From Mobula hypostoma (lineage: Eukaryota): a stretch of DNA of 64,000 nt. Positions 11,655-25,686 of this stretch are shown piece by piece. Both the position numbers and the translations under genes were made by a program. The first letter of the stretch is position 1, and every line of letters begins with the position of its first letter. The notes below the pieces were generated by a model. It saw only the letters and a list, made by a program, of their open reading frames with translations. It was not told the origin of the DNA and made no database searches. Location of the stretch: the NCBI RefSeq assembly GCF_963921235.1, contig NC_086112.1, forward strand, positions 14,384,001 through 14,448,000, written 5' to 3'.

Positions 11655-12893
11655 TAGGCTGGGCTGCTTGAGGATTAAAAGAATATACTCCCCAAGTGAC
11701 TCAACTTGGATCTAGCTCATGTACTGGCGATTGTGTAATATTCCTCAATCTCTGCTCTATCTTGTTCAGCTTTCATTCATTTACTCTTTAGGCTTCAGTA
11801 CATTAATTGTGATACATTTTATGATTATTATTTCTCAGATGAGTAATTCCTGCTTTAATTTCTTTTTCTGCTCCTGACTTTCAAGATCTGTAAATTTAAA
11901 CTGACAGCCAGAGGAAAGAACCGTAAGCAATATTGAGCTTACTCAATTAACTTGATGCGTAAATGTTGCCTTTTCCACCACAGTATAGCACTATGCATTT
12001 ATCCGTCAAAACAAAGATATTCTAGCATAACTGCCTCAGAGCTCATGTGCGCATATAGTTTACATCTGATTGTACACTATTAATAGTAGCCTTTACTTTA
12101 TTTATTTGGAAAAATGAGAACATTCCATCAGAGCAACACCCAAAACGCTGGAGGAACTCATCAGGCCAGGCAGTGTCTATGGAGAGGGCAAGATTGGAAA
12201 GGACAGGTACGGGCCAAATTGAGGCCTGGGCATGAGAGTGTATCGAAGTGGCAGCACCCGAGTCTGAGAGCAAGGAGTGACCCAAAATTTGGCTCCTTTA
12301 AGCACCAAGCCAGATTGAAAAGGTTAGGGTGTTGGGGCCAGAAGCGACGGACGGGCTGGAGTTCTGTTTGCTGCTCCGCGAGGTTTACTCATCAGAAGCT
12401 GTGGCCTGCAACTAACGGGCTCCTGTATTGTCTGTGACTGGCTTCCTGGCTAAGGACTCACTGCCGTGAACTTCCGTTCTGAACGTTATTTGCTTACTTT
12501 CATTGTTTGCATGATATGTTTTTTTTCTGCACATTGGGTGTCTGACAGTCTTGTTTTTTAAAAAGGGGTTCTATTGGGTTTCTTTGTTTTGTGGCTGCTT
12601 GTAAGGAAATGAATCTCAAGTTGTAAATAGCATTCATACTTTGATAATAAATGTACTTTGAACCTTGAATAAATAGCATGTGCAGAATCTTGTGTTTGGG
12701 ATTAATGATGTAATACTATTCCATAAAAGTACAGACAAATTCTACCCATAAAACTGGGTTGATTTAAAGTTATTATTAATTTCCCCAATATTCTGTTTTT
12801 CAATTAAATAATGTTTACAGAGATCATATCACAACAATTCAGAACTAATCTTCAATGCAATGTATGTAAGTATCGTGAAACTTGCAGATTTAC

Positions 12894-13197
12894 CAATAGT
12901 GCTGGATTGTCTGCTGATGCTAGTCACGTCAGAGTTCGAAAGCTGATGGAAGGAACCGGAAATGCTGCCAGTTTTGCTCCAACGCTGACATGGATATTCA
13001 TCCTTGTTTACACTTCTACTAAAAGCATCGCCATTGCAGTCTGATCCTTGTCTTGATCTCGCAGTCTCAGCAGCAGAACTGTGTTGCCGGTCATAAATCC
13101 CACCAGGCTTCCTATAAAAGCCGTCACCCAAATCTCCGCTCAACATATCATCTTCCTCTGGTCCCTTTCCCTTTGGTACGCTGTGTCGATCAGACAT
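12894..13197 (-). CDS. CCDC125: CCDC125 first coding exon (exon probably begins at 13247 with a short 5' UTR)
   Basis: MSDRHSVPKGKGPEEDDMLSGDLGDGFYRKPGGIYD...SISRQSST resembles the human CCDC125 N-terminus (EEDDMTEGDLGYGLGRKPGGIYE...RRQSST). Acceptor ttttctcag before 13247; donor G|gtaaat after 12894 (phase 1). Synteny with AK6/RAD17. Confidence 0.92.
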
Positions 13198-13931
13198 GAG
13201 GAGAGGTGTACTCCTTCGTCAGCCCAATTCGCCACCCAGAGACAAGACTGAGAAAACAAAGACCATTAAACATTCTGATGTATTCACAAAAATAGGGAAA
13301 AATCTGTTTCTGAACATTTAATACAACAAACTAGATATATTAAAGTACCAGTGTCAGTTGTGAGCATGAAGCATCAAACCAATATAGAGAGGTTTTGGGT
13401 GAGACATGGTGAGGAATGCTGACAGTTCCTCACCAAGTCCGAAGCTTCGTCTATTCTCTGACTGAACTCCGCCACAATTGTTTATGTGGCGTTCAGTGGT
13501 GAAGGACTGGAATCTCCCCGAGCACTTAAAGTAGCATCATGCGAACGCTGCTTATCTGATGCTATGTGCCTGCAACGTTGCTGCAGGTATATCACTGCAC
13601 CTGTGCGCACGTCGACTTGTGCAGTTGACAATAAATCGGCTAGAATCTGGACCTGACAGATGAAGGTAACAGTAAAGTAAGGTACAATTTTTTCATAAAG
13701 TCTAGATTTCTCCAATGCTTTTATTTAAAAGTGCTCCGTGCAATTTTATGGGATTCAAAATGTTTTCCTTTTAATATTGTGTTCGATTTTGAAAAGGTGT
13801 CAGAAAAATTAAAACAAGTTGATGTGCTGAAGAATAAAGGCATTACCAGCGGAGGGTGGGTGATTCTGATGGTGTTCGACCTCACAGATACAGAGAAGGT
13901 AAACCAACAAATGTGTAGCTTCAGGGACTTA

Positions 13932-15075
13932 GACCATAAGATATAGGAGCAGAATTAGGCCATTTGACCCATTGAGTCTGTTCCACCATTTCATCATGGC
14001 TGATTCAACTTCTTCTCAGCCCCAATCTCCTGCCTTCTCCCCGTATCCCTTCATGCCCTGACCAATCAAGAATCTATCAACCTCCCACCTTAAACGCTTC
14101 CAATGACATGGCCTCCACAGCCGTCTGTGACAATGAATTCCAAAGATTCACCACTCTCTGGCCAAAGAAATTCCTCCTCATCTCTGTTCTAAATGGAGTC
14201 CCCCTATTCTGAGGCTGCGTCCTCTGGTCCTAGACTCCCCCACCATAAGAAATATCCTCTGCACATATCCTCCATCAAGGCCTCTCAACATTTGATAGGT
14301 CTCAGTGAGATCCCACCTCGTTCTTCTAAATTGCAGCGAGGACAGGACCAGAGCCTTTATTCACTGTTCATATGACTTCATTTCTGTCTTACTTTTCAAT
14401 TGCCATGCTCTCTCAGATCAGATCCATAATTCATTCAAAGTGGGGTTACAGCTAGATAGGGTCATAAGGAAAGCTCTTGGCACATTGGCTTTCATAATTC
14501 AAAGTACTGAGTACAGGAGTTAGGATGTTGTGTCGAAGTTCTAATGACATTGATGAGGTCTAATTTGGAGTGTCGTGAACAGTTTTAGTCACCTATCTAC
14601 AGGAAAGTTAGCAATAAGATTGAAAGAGTACAGAGCAAATTTAAGTGGATGTTTCCAGGGCTCGAGGACTTGAGTTACAGGGAAAGGTTGAGTGGGTTAG
14701 GACTTTATCCCCTGGAGTGAGGAGAATGAGGGGAGATTTGATAGAGGTAGGCAAAGTTATGAGGGGTATAGGGAGAGAGTAAATGCAAGCAGGCATTGTC
14801 CTCTGAGATTGTGTGAGACCAGAACTAAAAGTTATAGGTTAGGAGTGAAAGGTGAAATGTTTGAGGGGAGGTTCTTCACTCAGTGGGTGGTCAGAGTATG
14901 GAACGAGCTGCCAGGGAAAAGGGTTCGATTTCAACATTTGAGAGAAATTTGGATAAGTACATGCATGAAGGGCTCTGGTCCAAGTGTGGGTCGATAGGAC
15001 GCGGCAAAATAATAGTTCAGCAAGGATTAGATGGGCCAAAGGGCCAGCTTCTGTGCTATCATGCTCTATGACTCT
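13932..15075. mobile_element. Two CR1 3' fragments (13932-14375 minus; about 14425-15075 plus)
   Basis: Same 3' sequences as other CR1 copies in the window; FFTQWVVRVWNELP remnant. Confidence 0.8.
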
Positions 15076-16145
15076 ATCAACAGGGACAATATGTTACTGG
15101 CCCGGCCCTGCAGCTCCACTGACTTATTGAATGAAGAGACTCAGGATGCACTCCGCTGAACCTGTCACCTACAACCCTCAGTTATGGTCATGGGCCGGAG
15201 TTTTTAAAACTTCCATTTGGCTTTTAGTTTTATAACAGACTTTACTGCAGGTTACCATCACCTCACATCTATTCACTGGTTCAGTCAAAAGTTCAAAGTA
15301 AATTTATTATCAAACTACGTATACGTTACGGTATAATACCCTGAGATTCATTTTCTTTCAAAGCTTTCACACGAAAGAATAATACAACTGTACGAAGAAC
15401 AAAGACCAACAAATAACTAATGTTCAAAAGAAGACAAACTGTGCAAATATAAAAATAATACTGAGAACCTAAGTTGTAAAGAACCCTTGTAAGTGTTGAT
15501 GTTTAAAGAAATCTCCAAACTCAGTTAATCCAATGTATTTTTGTCAGCCCTCTTGTTCTCCAAAATATACTGTAGCTTATCTAATTTTTTGGCTATACCT
15601 AACCCACAATTATCTAGCACCTGTCGCTCCTTTTCACACTGATTTGCTTTTCTTCTGTGTGTATCAGTGTTATTTTGTTCCTTCTCTATCACTGTAGATA
15701 ACTCCACTCACCTGCATTTCTACTTCAAAATCTTCCTTCTGTTTCCATCCGTGCATGGCTCCCACTGTCCTGTTGCAAGGAGCCACCCCTCTCCCACACC
15801 TTGCAACACTCTGATGCTCCAACTCTGATTTCTCATGCAGTCTTTCTTTCAATCTCTCTCTCTCTCAATGGTGGCTACACCTTCAGCTCCCTTTGTCCTA
15901 TTACCTAGAATTCACTATAAGACCATCATTAAGGACCTGCATCACCCGAGACATGCCATCTTCTCATTATTACCACCAGGGAGGATGTACAGGAGCCCAA
16001 AGGCATGCACTCAACATTTTAGCAACAGCTTCTACCCCGCTGTCATCAGATTTCTGAATGGACAATGAACTGACCCATGAACTCACCTCACTATTTTCTC
16101 TCTCTTTTTGCAGTACTTATATTATTATAAATAAATGAGTATACA

Positions 16146-17464
16146 CAGTGGATTCCTGTTAATTGGGACACACTGAGACACATTTTGGCTCAATTAAGTG
16201 GCTGTCCCAATTAGCTGAAGTTTCATGGAAATAGTTAAAAAGGTATAAAAAAAAGACAAGCTACCACATAATCAAGTAACAAATTATGTAAGCAATACTT
16301 CTCAAAGGTATTCAACACCCCCCGCCCCCACCGTGGGTTTTCATGTTTTATTGTTTTACAATATTGAGTTGCTTGGAGTGTTCTTTTGTTTTCATGGTAT
16401 AGTTTTTGCCGGGATACTGATTCACCAGCAGATCCAGGTGTATTTTTTGCAACAATCACTTGAAACACTTTGACTGCACACAGATCTCCAAAAACACAAT
16501 TCTATTTAACTAATTATGTGACTTCTAAAATCAATTGGCTGCACCAGTGATGATTTGGTGTGTCATATTAAAGGATGGCGAGTAATCATGCAATTAATTA
16601 TTTTGTGTGTTATATTTGTAATTAATTTGGATAACTTAGTAGAAATCTGTTTTCACTTTGACACTAAAGAGTCTTTTTCTGTTGATCAGTATCAAATAAG
16701 CCAAATTAAATCTACTGTGATTCAATGTTGTAAAACAATAAAACATGAAAACTTCTAAGGTGGGTGAATGGGTGAATACTGTTTACAGGCATTTAGTATA
16801 AATTAGAACCCTACTGAAACTAATACAGTACGGTAAAACTGTGTATTAATTCCTAATAGTTATCGACAGAGGAATTCATTCAATGTACATTGACGAGTTG
16901 CTTTGATATTGTAGATGAAGAAAATGAGCGCAGACAGCTAGTGCAGATAATGGACTGCCTTCATACAATGCTTTTGATGATTGCATCCTCCAAATCTTCA
17001 TTTTCATTGTAACATTCGAGATGATTGTCGATACCTTCAAATTCTTCATAGTTCTGAGCATGTTGAAGTAGTGAAATTGTTTCATTTTCACTCATGGTCC
17101 TTTCTTGCATCTCTGAGCCTGATGGTTTGAAACCGCAGTGAGCAAAACGGTTCTAAATTGTCTTACTGTTTATTACTCACCCAACAATCAGTGACAAAAA
17201 AAAATCACTGCCTTTTGAATGCAAACACACAAGTGACACTATTTAAAATCTGTTCACTCTAAGCACAGTATAGTGCTTAACGGCCACACGACGTGCACGT
17301 AACGGATAATAGTGAGGAAACGTTTGGCAACTGTCTCCTGCCCCAAATGAGCTGCATAGTGTCCCAAATAAACAAAGGGAGTCCCAGCTATTTTTTTCCA
17401 ATTTGTTTTTGTCTTTAAGAGTTGTCCCAGATATGTGGCTGCCCTGATTAACTGGAATCCATTG
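16146..17464. mobile_element. Tigger/pogo-like non-autonomous DNA element with a nested Tc1-type MITE (about 16290-16795)
   Basis: TIRs CAGTGGATTCC.GTTAAT...ATTAACTGGAATCCATTG; second copy at 42490-43216. The nested element has inverted gttttattgttttacaa / ttgtaaaacaataaaac. Confidence 0.7.
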
Positions 17465-17643
17465 TATATATAATATATATTATTGTAATGTATAGGTTGT
17501 TTCTATGTATTACACTATACTGCTGGCACAAAACACCAAATTTCACAACATACGCCAGTGATAATAAACCAGTTTCTGAATCTGAAACCATCAAATAGGT
17601 TTCCTTCAAAAACTCCACAAAAAAAAGCAAATCTTAAATCTGA

Positions 17644-17778
17644 AGTCCTGAAGAAGGGGCTCAGCCCAAAACGTTGACTGTTTACTCTTTTTCATAGATG
17701 CTGCCTGACCTGCTGAGTTCCTCCAACATTCTGGGCGTGCTGCTCTGGATTTCCAGCATCTGCAGACTCGTGTTTGTG
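17644..17778 (+). mobile_element. Penelope-like terminal fragment with decayed hammerhead (GAAA to AAAA)
   Basis: agtcCTGAAGAaggggctcagcccAAAAcgttgact; flanking repeat aatcttaaa[t/c]ct on both sides. Confidence 0.75.
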
Positions 17779-18072
17779 AATCTTAAACCTATATTTCGGT
17801 CACCAGTTATTTTAGTCAATATTAATTTTCATTGCACTTCTGAGATATTTTAGAGAATTTTGTTATTAAAAGTAGTTTGTAAACCTCCACTGAACTTAGC
17901 AATGGAATTTATACCTTTCCATTTAAAATGCCTTTTATTATAACTACCCAATCATTTACACAAAATGATTTTACATGACTAATTTGTTCTGACTTTCACA
18001 TCAGGTTTTTTTTTTAATAAACCAGTCTAAAACTACCCACGAGGGCTGTAATGTTGTAAAAGAGTTCTAAGC

Positions 18073-18151
18073 CAGGGGTGCCAACCTCTTTTATGCCATT
18101 GACCAATACCATTAAGTATGAGGTCTGTCGACCCCAAGTTGAGAACTCCTG
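18073..18151. mobile_element. 79-bp hAT (Charlie-like) MITE with 8-bp TSD
   Basis: CAGGGGT...ACTCCTG termini; TSD TTCTAAGC on both sides; sister copy at 37723-37801. Confidence 0.85.
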
Positions 18152-19118
18152 TTCTAAGCGGTGAATTCCAGATGATGTTTACACCATCGTCCAGGTCAGC
18201 TGATAAAGTCCCTTGTCTGGAAATATCACTGACAACTATAATGGGATCAAAATTCTTATTTGTTTATGACTCTTAGTCTGTCAAGTTGACCAGAATTATG
18301 TCCCAGACATCCCTGCACAGAGCACAGTATCCTATTTTGCTGTACAATGCAAACATCTGTAAGACCCAGTGTAAAATAGATTTAGCAAAATTACAATTTT
18401 TCATAAATCTACCTAAGGAATTACAGGAAAGATGAAAATGTTGAAAACTCGGGAAGGGCAATAAAATCAGTATAGATTTTGTGTGGCAATGGGAAAAAAA
18501 CATACTATTCCATTTATGGTGGTTATTAAAGGAATACAAATACTGAGCTAGTCAAGTTTGAGGTGAAAAGGGTGTTAGAATAACAAAGCAAGGCTGGTTA
18601 CTATGAACAAATAGTACTAGGAACAAACAGTAGGTAACACCCACGGTATTGTGGAAAAGTCTTAGGCACATAAACGTAACTAAGACTTTTGCACAGTACT
18701 GTGTTGTCAACGTGGAGCAGAGGCTGAGGTTGTAAATTTGGTGGGAGCAAAGGATGTTGGGAATGGCGAGGGTGGAGCGCTGTGGGAGAGTTGTGGGACG
18801 GGAGGCAGAGGAGTGCCAAGGGCATGGGTCGCGAAAGTGCAGACACACCCAGCCCTGAGACACCAGGCAAGGTCATTTGATTCCAAATACCTGGTTGACT
18901 GATGATTACAGAATGTGTATCTGGTGTTTCCTGCTCCCTCCCTTCTTCCAGACCATAATTCCCTCCCTGTCCCCTTCCCACTCTCAGTCCACAGTAGGGA
19001 CCCACATCAGAATCAGGTTTGTCATCACTCACATATGTCATGAATTCTGTTTTTTTTTCAAGGTCACAACAAGTTACAAGGGAAAAAATCAACCTTCATG
19101 CAACCAGGAACAGTTTTA

Positions 19119-20875
19119 TGTGAATGATGAGGAGCTTCCGTTCCTAGTGGGCTATGTGGGCAGTTCACCTTGAACCAGAAGCTTCCGTGGCTCGTGACGA
19201 GTGTTGAACACAATTAAGTAATAAAGTGTTCTAGTGTTTACCCATGCCAAGTTTGTCTTTATTAAGAACAAACGTAATCTGGTGTCAGAAGTTGGTGTGA
19301 GAACGAAACACAGAGAGTAAATGAATACCCTGAGCAACAGAGAAAAAGACTGCATGAATACGGAAAGGATGGCCAGCTGCTAAGAATGACTGTCCAATGT
19401 GTGTTCAGGATTATTGGGCATCTAGAGATGAACTGTCAGTAGTGGAAGATATGGTCTTCAGAGGGAACAGGTTTGTGATTCCAGTGTCGCTACGCAAGGA
19501 AATGCTCCACAAGATACATGAAGTGAATCTTGGTGAGGAAAAATGTGAATGTAGAGTTCATGAACTGGCCAAGAATGAAGCAAGACATCAGCCAGACCAT
19601 TGCTTCATGTGAAATATGCCTTACCTACAACCAATGCAGCAAGCGGAACCACTTACACCACTCCCTGTACCAGACAGGCCACACTTCTAGGTTGGAGTGG
19701 ATTTGTTTGATTGTAATGGGAAGAGTCATATTGTTGTAACAGACTACTTTTCCAATTACCCAGAGGTTGAAGCACTGCGATCAACACCCAGTACACCAGT
19801 CATCAACTTCCTGAAAGCTGTGTGTGTGAGGCATGGAGTTCCGTGGGAAGTGGTATCAGGCAATGGTTCACAATTATTGAGCTGTGAATTTGAGTCCTTT
19901 GCCAATGATTGGGAGTTTTGACATACAACTTCAAGCCCACATCAAACAAAATCTAATGGCCTAGTAGGGAGTTTGGCCAAGGTAGCGAAGGGCCTCATGA
20001 AGAAAACAGAAGATGGATGAGAGGATTTCTACAAAAGTCCAATGATTTACGGAAGTGCACCACTGCAGAATGGCCTTTCACCAGCCCAAATGCTGATGGG
20101 TCAACACATATGCACTAACCTTCTAGTGCATGAAAACCTGTTGACACCTAAAGGAGTACACAAGGTCAAATTGACTAAAGTGAAAGGGAAAGGAAAACAG
20201 AAACAATATCATGACAGGACTGTGAAAAGCCTATCAGTCCTGAAGCCTGGAGATCAAGTGCGAAACCAAGATCACCATTCTGGCACATGGTCCATGCAAG
20301 AGTATGTGCAAGAGGAAGTTGCTCCACATTCCTACAAATCCAACCACAGCAAGGAACACCTCTGAGAAGCAAATGTGTGGATCCACAAACATAATCCCCA
20401 ACTCATAGCAGTGACATGTCACCTGTCAATATACTAAGGGGCCAACAGATGTAAAAAAATGAACTTGTTGATCAGAGTTCTCAGAAAGACACAAATATTG
20501 ATGCACCAAATGCAAACAATACACCTGTGGAAACAAATACCAGACCAAAAAGGATAATTAAACCACTTCAGAGACTGACTGAAAGTTCATGAGTGGGAAA
20601 GGGACTGGCTACAGTATCTGGATATCTTTATTGAAAAGGATTATTGTTCCTTGCAGGTTTTTGAGGACATAGTATTGTGTTTGTTTTCTTTAAAGGGGAA
20701 AGATGTGTATATAATAAAAAACTTCAGTTCCCAGTGGGCAATGCAGGTGGTTTGCCTGGAACCAAAAGCTTTGATAGTGGTATTGTCGCATGTGCTCAGT
20801 GCAGAACGCAATTGAGTAGTAAAATGTCCTTGTGTTTACCCATGCCACATTTGTCTTTATTAAGACCAAACATAA
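19119..20875 (+). mobile_element. Internally deleted Gypsy/Ty3 LTR retrotransposon (two LTRs, PBS, integrase remnant, PPT)
   Basis: LTRs about 19119-19279 and 20704-20875; PBS TGGTGTCAGAAGT at 19280 (tRNA-Leu complement); integrase remnants IHE..LG..KC, CEIC, DLF...VVTDYFSNYPEV; PPT aaaggggaaaga at 20692-20703. Confidence 0.88.
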
Positions 20876-21726
20876 GTTTGAGTAAACAATAAAACATTTT
20901 TTGAAAGGTAGTATCCTGGAAAGTCCGATGTTCACTACAGCACTTTACATTTTGTAATTTTGCCATATCTACTCAATAGGCTGAGTTTTTTTTTACAGAA
21001 CAATTAGGACAACTTCCACTGTTCATCTCCAAGCACCCTGGAGAATTTCTGTATTGTTGCTGTCTGTGTGTGTTCAGGATTGAAACTAGCAATGATTGAA
21101 GAAGTGACAATTGCAGCTGAGATTTTCAGGTGATGAGACTGGAATTGAGATGTATTGAAATTAATGGGCTTCTTTGCTCTTAAGAGCAAGATCCTGTGAG
21201 ATTCCGTAAGTTTCCAAACTGTCATATAGATTCAGTGCCCATAGAGTCATGCTCCCAGTGCCCACACTGTCAAAGAAAGGATAGAAGATGAGGGTTTGAG
21301 GAAAGAATCCAATGAAATATTTCAGCCATACAGCATGTTGTAACATTCTGGCTCTGCTTTTATCATCCTGGAGACCCAAGAATTCACCCCTTTGCTATTC
21401 TAAGACAATTAAAAGATTAGCTTTATTTGTCACATGTACATTGAAACATGGAAACATATAGCGGAATGTGTTGTTTTGCGTCAACAACCAACATAATCCA
21501 AAGATTTGCTGGGGGCAGCCCGCAAGTGTACCATGCCTCCAGCACCAACATAACTTACCAGTCAGTACATCTCTGTAATGTGGGAGGAAACTACAGCACC
21601 CTGAGGAAACCCACACGGTCACAGGAAGAACATACAAACTCGTTATAGACAGCAGCTTCCCCTCTGCTATCTGATTTCCGAATGGATAATGAATCCATGA
21701 CCACTACCTCAGTGTCTTTTCTTCAG

Positions 21727-24190
21727 CAGGTAGACTGGAGGAATCAGGTTGGTACTGGACCCCAAGAAAGGGAGTTTGTGGAGTCCCTCCGAGATGGATT
21801 CTTAGAACAGCTTGTACTGGAGCCTACCAGAGAGAATGCAATTCTAGATTTAGTGCTGTGCAATGAACCAGATTTGATTAGGGACCTCGAGGTAAAGGAG
21901 CCATTAGGAGGTAGTGACCATAATATGATAAGTTTTAATCTACAATTTGAGAGGGAGAAGGAAAACTCAGAAGTGTCAGTATTACAGTTGAACAAAGGCA
22001 ACTATGGTGCTATGAGGGAGGAGCTGGCCAAAGTTCAATGGAACAATACCCTAGCAAGGATGACAGTGGAACAGCAATGGCAAGTTTTTTTGGGAATAAT
22101 GCAGAAGGTGCAGGATCAGTTCATTCCAAAGAGGAAGAAAGATCCTAAGGGGAGTAAGGGGAGGCCGTGACTGACAAGGGAAGTAATGGACAGTATAAAA
22201 ATAAAAGAGAAAAAGTATAACATAGCAAAGACGAGTGGGAAGCTGGAGGATTGGGAAACTTTTAAAGAGCAACAGAAGGTAACTAAAAAGGCAATACGCA
22301 GAGAAAAAATGAGATACAAAGGTAAGCTAGCCAAGAATATAAAGGGGGATAGTAAAAGCTTCTTTAGGTATGTGAAAAGGAAAAAAATAGTTAAGACCAA
22401 AATTGGGCCCTTGAAGACAGAAACCGGTGAATTTATTATGGGGAACAAGGAAATGGCAGACGAGTTGAACAGGTACTTTGGATCTGTTTTCACTAGGGAA
22501 GACACAAACAATCTCCCAGATATAATAGTGGCCAAAGGACCTAGAGTAATGGATGAACTGCAGGAAATTTATATTAGGCAGGAAATGGTGTTGGATAGAC
22601 TGTTGGGTCTGAAGGCCGATAAGTCCCCGGGACTTGATGGTCTGCATCCCAGGGTACTTAAGGAGGTGGCTTTCGAAATCGTGGATGCATTGATAATCAT
22701 TTTCCAATGTTCTATAGATTCAGGATCAGTTCCTGTGGATTGGAGGGTGGCTAATGTTGTCCCTCTCTTCAAGAAGGGAGGAAGAGAGAAAACAGGGAAC
22801 TATAGACCGGTTAGCCTGACGTCAGTGGTGGGAAAGATGCTGGAGTCAATTATAAAAGATGAAATTACGACACATCTGGATAGCAGTAACAGGATTGGTC
22901 CGAGTCAGCATGGATTTACGAAGGGGAAATCGTGCTTGACTAATCTTCTGGAATTTTTGAGGATGTAATTATGAAAATGGACAAGGGAGAGCCAGTGGAT
23001 GTAGTGTACCTGGACTTTCAGAAAGCCTTTGATAAAGTCCCACATAGGAGATTAGTGGGCAAAATTAGGGCACATGGTATCAGGGGCAGAGTACTGACAT
23101 GGATTGAAAATTGGCTGGCTGACAGAAAACAAAGAGTAGCGATTAACAGGTCCCTTTCGGAATGGCAGGCGGTTACCAGTGGGGTACCGCAGGGTTCAGT
23201 GCTGGGACCACAGCTGTTTACAATATATATTATTGATTTAGATGAGGGAATTAAAAGTAACATTAGCAAATTTGCCGATGACACAAAGCTGGGTGGCAGT
23301 GTGAAATGTGAGGAGGATGTTATGAGAATGCAGGGTGACTTGGACAGGCTGGGTGAGTGGGCAGATGCATGGCAGATGCAGTTTAATGTGGATATCCACT
23401 TTGGTGGTAAGAACAGGAAGGCAGATTATTATCTAAATGGAGTCAAGTTAGGAAAAGGGGAAGTACAACGAGATCTAGGTGTTCTTGTACATCAGTCACT
23501 GAAAGCAAGCACGCAAGTACAGCAGGCAGTGAAGAAAGCTAATGGCATGCTGGCCTTCATAACAAGGGGAATTGAGTACAAGAGCAAAGAGGTCCTTCTG
23601 CAGCTGTACAGGGCCCTGGTGAGACCACACCTGGAGTACTGTGTGCAGTTTTGGTCTCCAAATTTGAGGAAGGACAGTCTTGCTATTGAGGGAGTGCAGC
23701 GTAGGTTCACAAGGTTAATTCCTGGGATGGCGAGACTGTCATATGTCGAAAGATTGGAGTGACTAGGCTTGTATAGTCTGGAATTTAGAAGGCTGAAAGG
23801 GGATCTTATTGAAACATATAAGATTATTAAGGGATTGGACATGCTGGAGGCAGGAGGCATGTTCCCGCTGATGGGTGGGTCCAGAACCAGAGGCCACAGT
23901 TTAAGAATAAGGGGTAGGCCATTTAGAACAGAGTTGAGGAAAAACTTTTTCACCCAGAGAGTGGTGGATATATGGAATGCTCTGCCCCAGAAGGCTGTGG
24001 AGGCCAAGTCTCTGGATGCTTTCGAGAAAGAGATGGATAGAGTTCTTAAAGATAGTGGAATCAAAGGTTATGGGGATAAGGCAGGAACTGGATACTGATT
24101 GTGGATGATCAGCCATGATCACAGTGAATGGCAGTGCTGGCTTGAAGGGCCGAATGGCCTACTCCTGCACCTATTGTCTATTGTCTATTC
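21727..24190 (+). mobile_element. Young 5'-truncated CR1 LINE, ORF2 (end of endonuclease plus RT) with few disruptions
   Basis: Consecutive ORFs 21682-24098 with SDH, NYRPVSLTS, YLDFQKAFDKV, GVPQGSVLGP and KFADD motifs; (ctattgt)n tail. Confidence 0.96.
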
Positions 24191-24658
24191 TCTTTTTTGT
24201 ATTTCTTATTTAAATTTTTTATACATACTTCTTATTGTAATTTGTATTTTTTTTAATTATACATTGCAATGTATTGCTGCCACAAAACAATAAATTTCAC
24301 GATATATGCCAGTGATATTAAACCTGACTTTGATTGAATTCCGATCTTCCCAGCGCTTGCGCTGTAAAGCGTTATACTAACTGCTCTGTTACTGTGCTGT
24401 CCACCAGCAATAACTCTGGTACACCTGAAGACCTCCATTAGTCGGAGTCAACCCTACATGATACACAGGCCAGGGCTGTACGATATGAAGAACAAGCTGT
24501 TGCCCATGTAGCAGGCTCCCCCTCTCAGCACAGCTGATGAACCCAAGGGAATGGCAGAGACCGATACAGTTCGGCACCAGCGGTGTCGCAGGAGTTGCCA
24601 GTCAGCATTGAACTCAATGTACGACTGCCTTAGGGACTCCAGGACCAGATTTTTCATA

Positions 24659-25686
24659 TGTGAGGGGATCCAGGAGTGCCCCTATTAACTGATTGGAGAG
24701 AGACATTTATCATTGATGGTTTGTTTGGAAAGGAGAGAGAGACAGAGCTATTTACCACCGATATGTTGCTTTTGGAAGAGAGAGCGAGAGAGAGACGAAG
24801 ATCAACAGTTGGACTGTCACTTTAAGGCATTGGAAGTAACTTTGGATTTTTACTGAGTTTGGAGTTGGAGACAGCACCGAGCAGCTCGTAAGTTGCTATG
24901 GTGACCGAAGGAGGTGTTATTTAATGGACACTCGATGTTATGATTTTCAGCAGGTTGTTGATATTTCTTCAAGGACTTGTTGCCTGCTTGTGCATTTCTT
25001 TACAGACAAAGGAAGGAGGGACTCTTTGAGTGACAGGTGATGCTCAGCCTGGTGAAATAAATAGGAGGTCAGATGATACAGACATTAGGACACATGATCT
25101 GGACACTGAATGAGCATTGTTGTGCCTGCAGAGAAAGTGGGTTTTGGAGGATCGATCAGGCGGATCGATCCAAATTGCTATTCCAACGGTAAAGAAGGGG
25201 TTGACTGGTGGGGAGTTGTCTATGTGTCCACCCTTGCTGGGGTGATAGCTCCACCCCTGGTTAAAGTCAGAGTCGGTGACTTGTGAAGGATTTCGGAGGA
25301 CGACGAGAAGATCGACAGTATCAGCTCACCTGAAGACTCAACTCACTCTCTCTCTCTCTCTCTCTCTCCATCACTACTCAACTAAATACCACGAACTGAA
25401 CTGAACTGAACTTTACTCAACATCGTAAGACTGTATCTTTTTACCCCTAGACTTAAAGAAGCTTGGTTTTCATACATATATTTCCACACTTACTGATTTA
25501 TGTACACACACACACACACGCACATATATAAATATATATATTCATTACTAACCTGTTTGATTTATCTTCATTTATATTACTGTATTGTGTAGTTACTAAT
25601 AAATATTATTAGTTGTTAGCAATACGAGACTCCAAAGTGCTTTCTATTTCTGCTGGTTCTTTATCCCTGTCACGGGGTACGTGACA
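24659..25686 (+). mobile_element. Solo LTR, about 1.03 kb, 4-bp TSD
   Basis: TGTGA...GTGACA termini; TSD CATA at 24655-24658 and 25687-25690; internal AATAAA, (CT)n, (CA)n and (AACTG)n. Confidence 0.8.
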
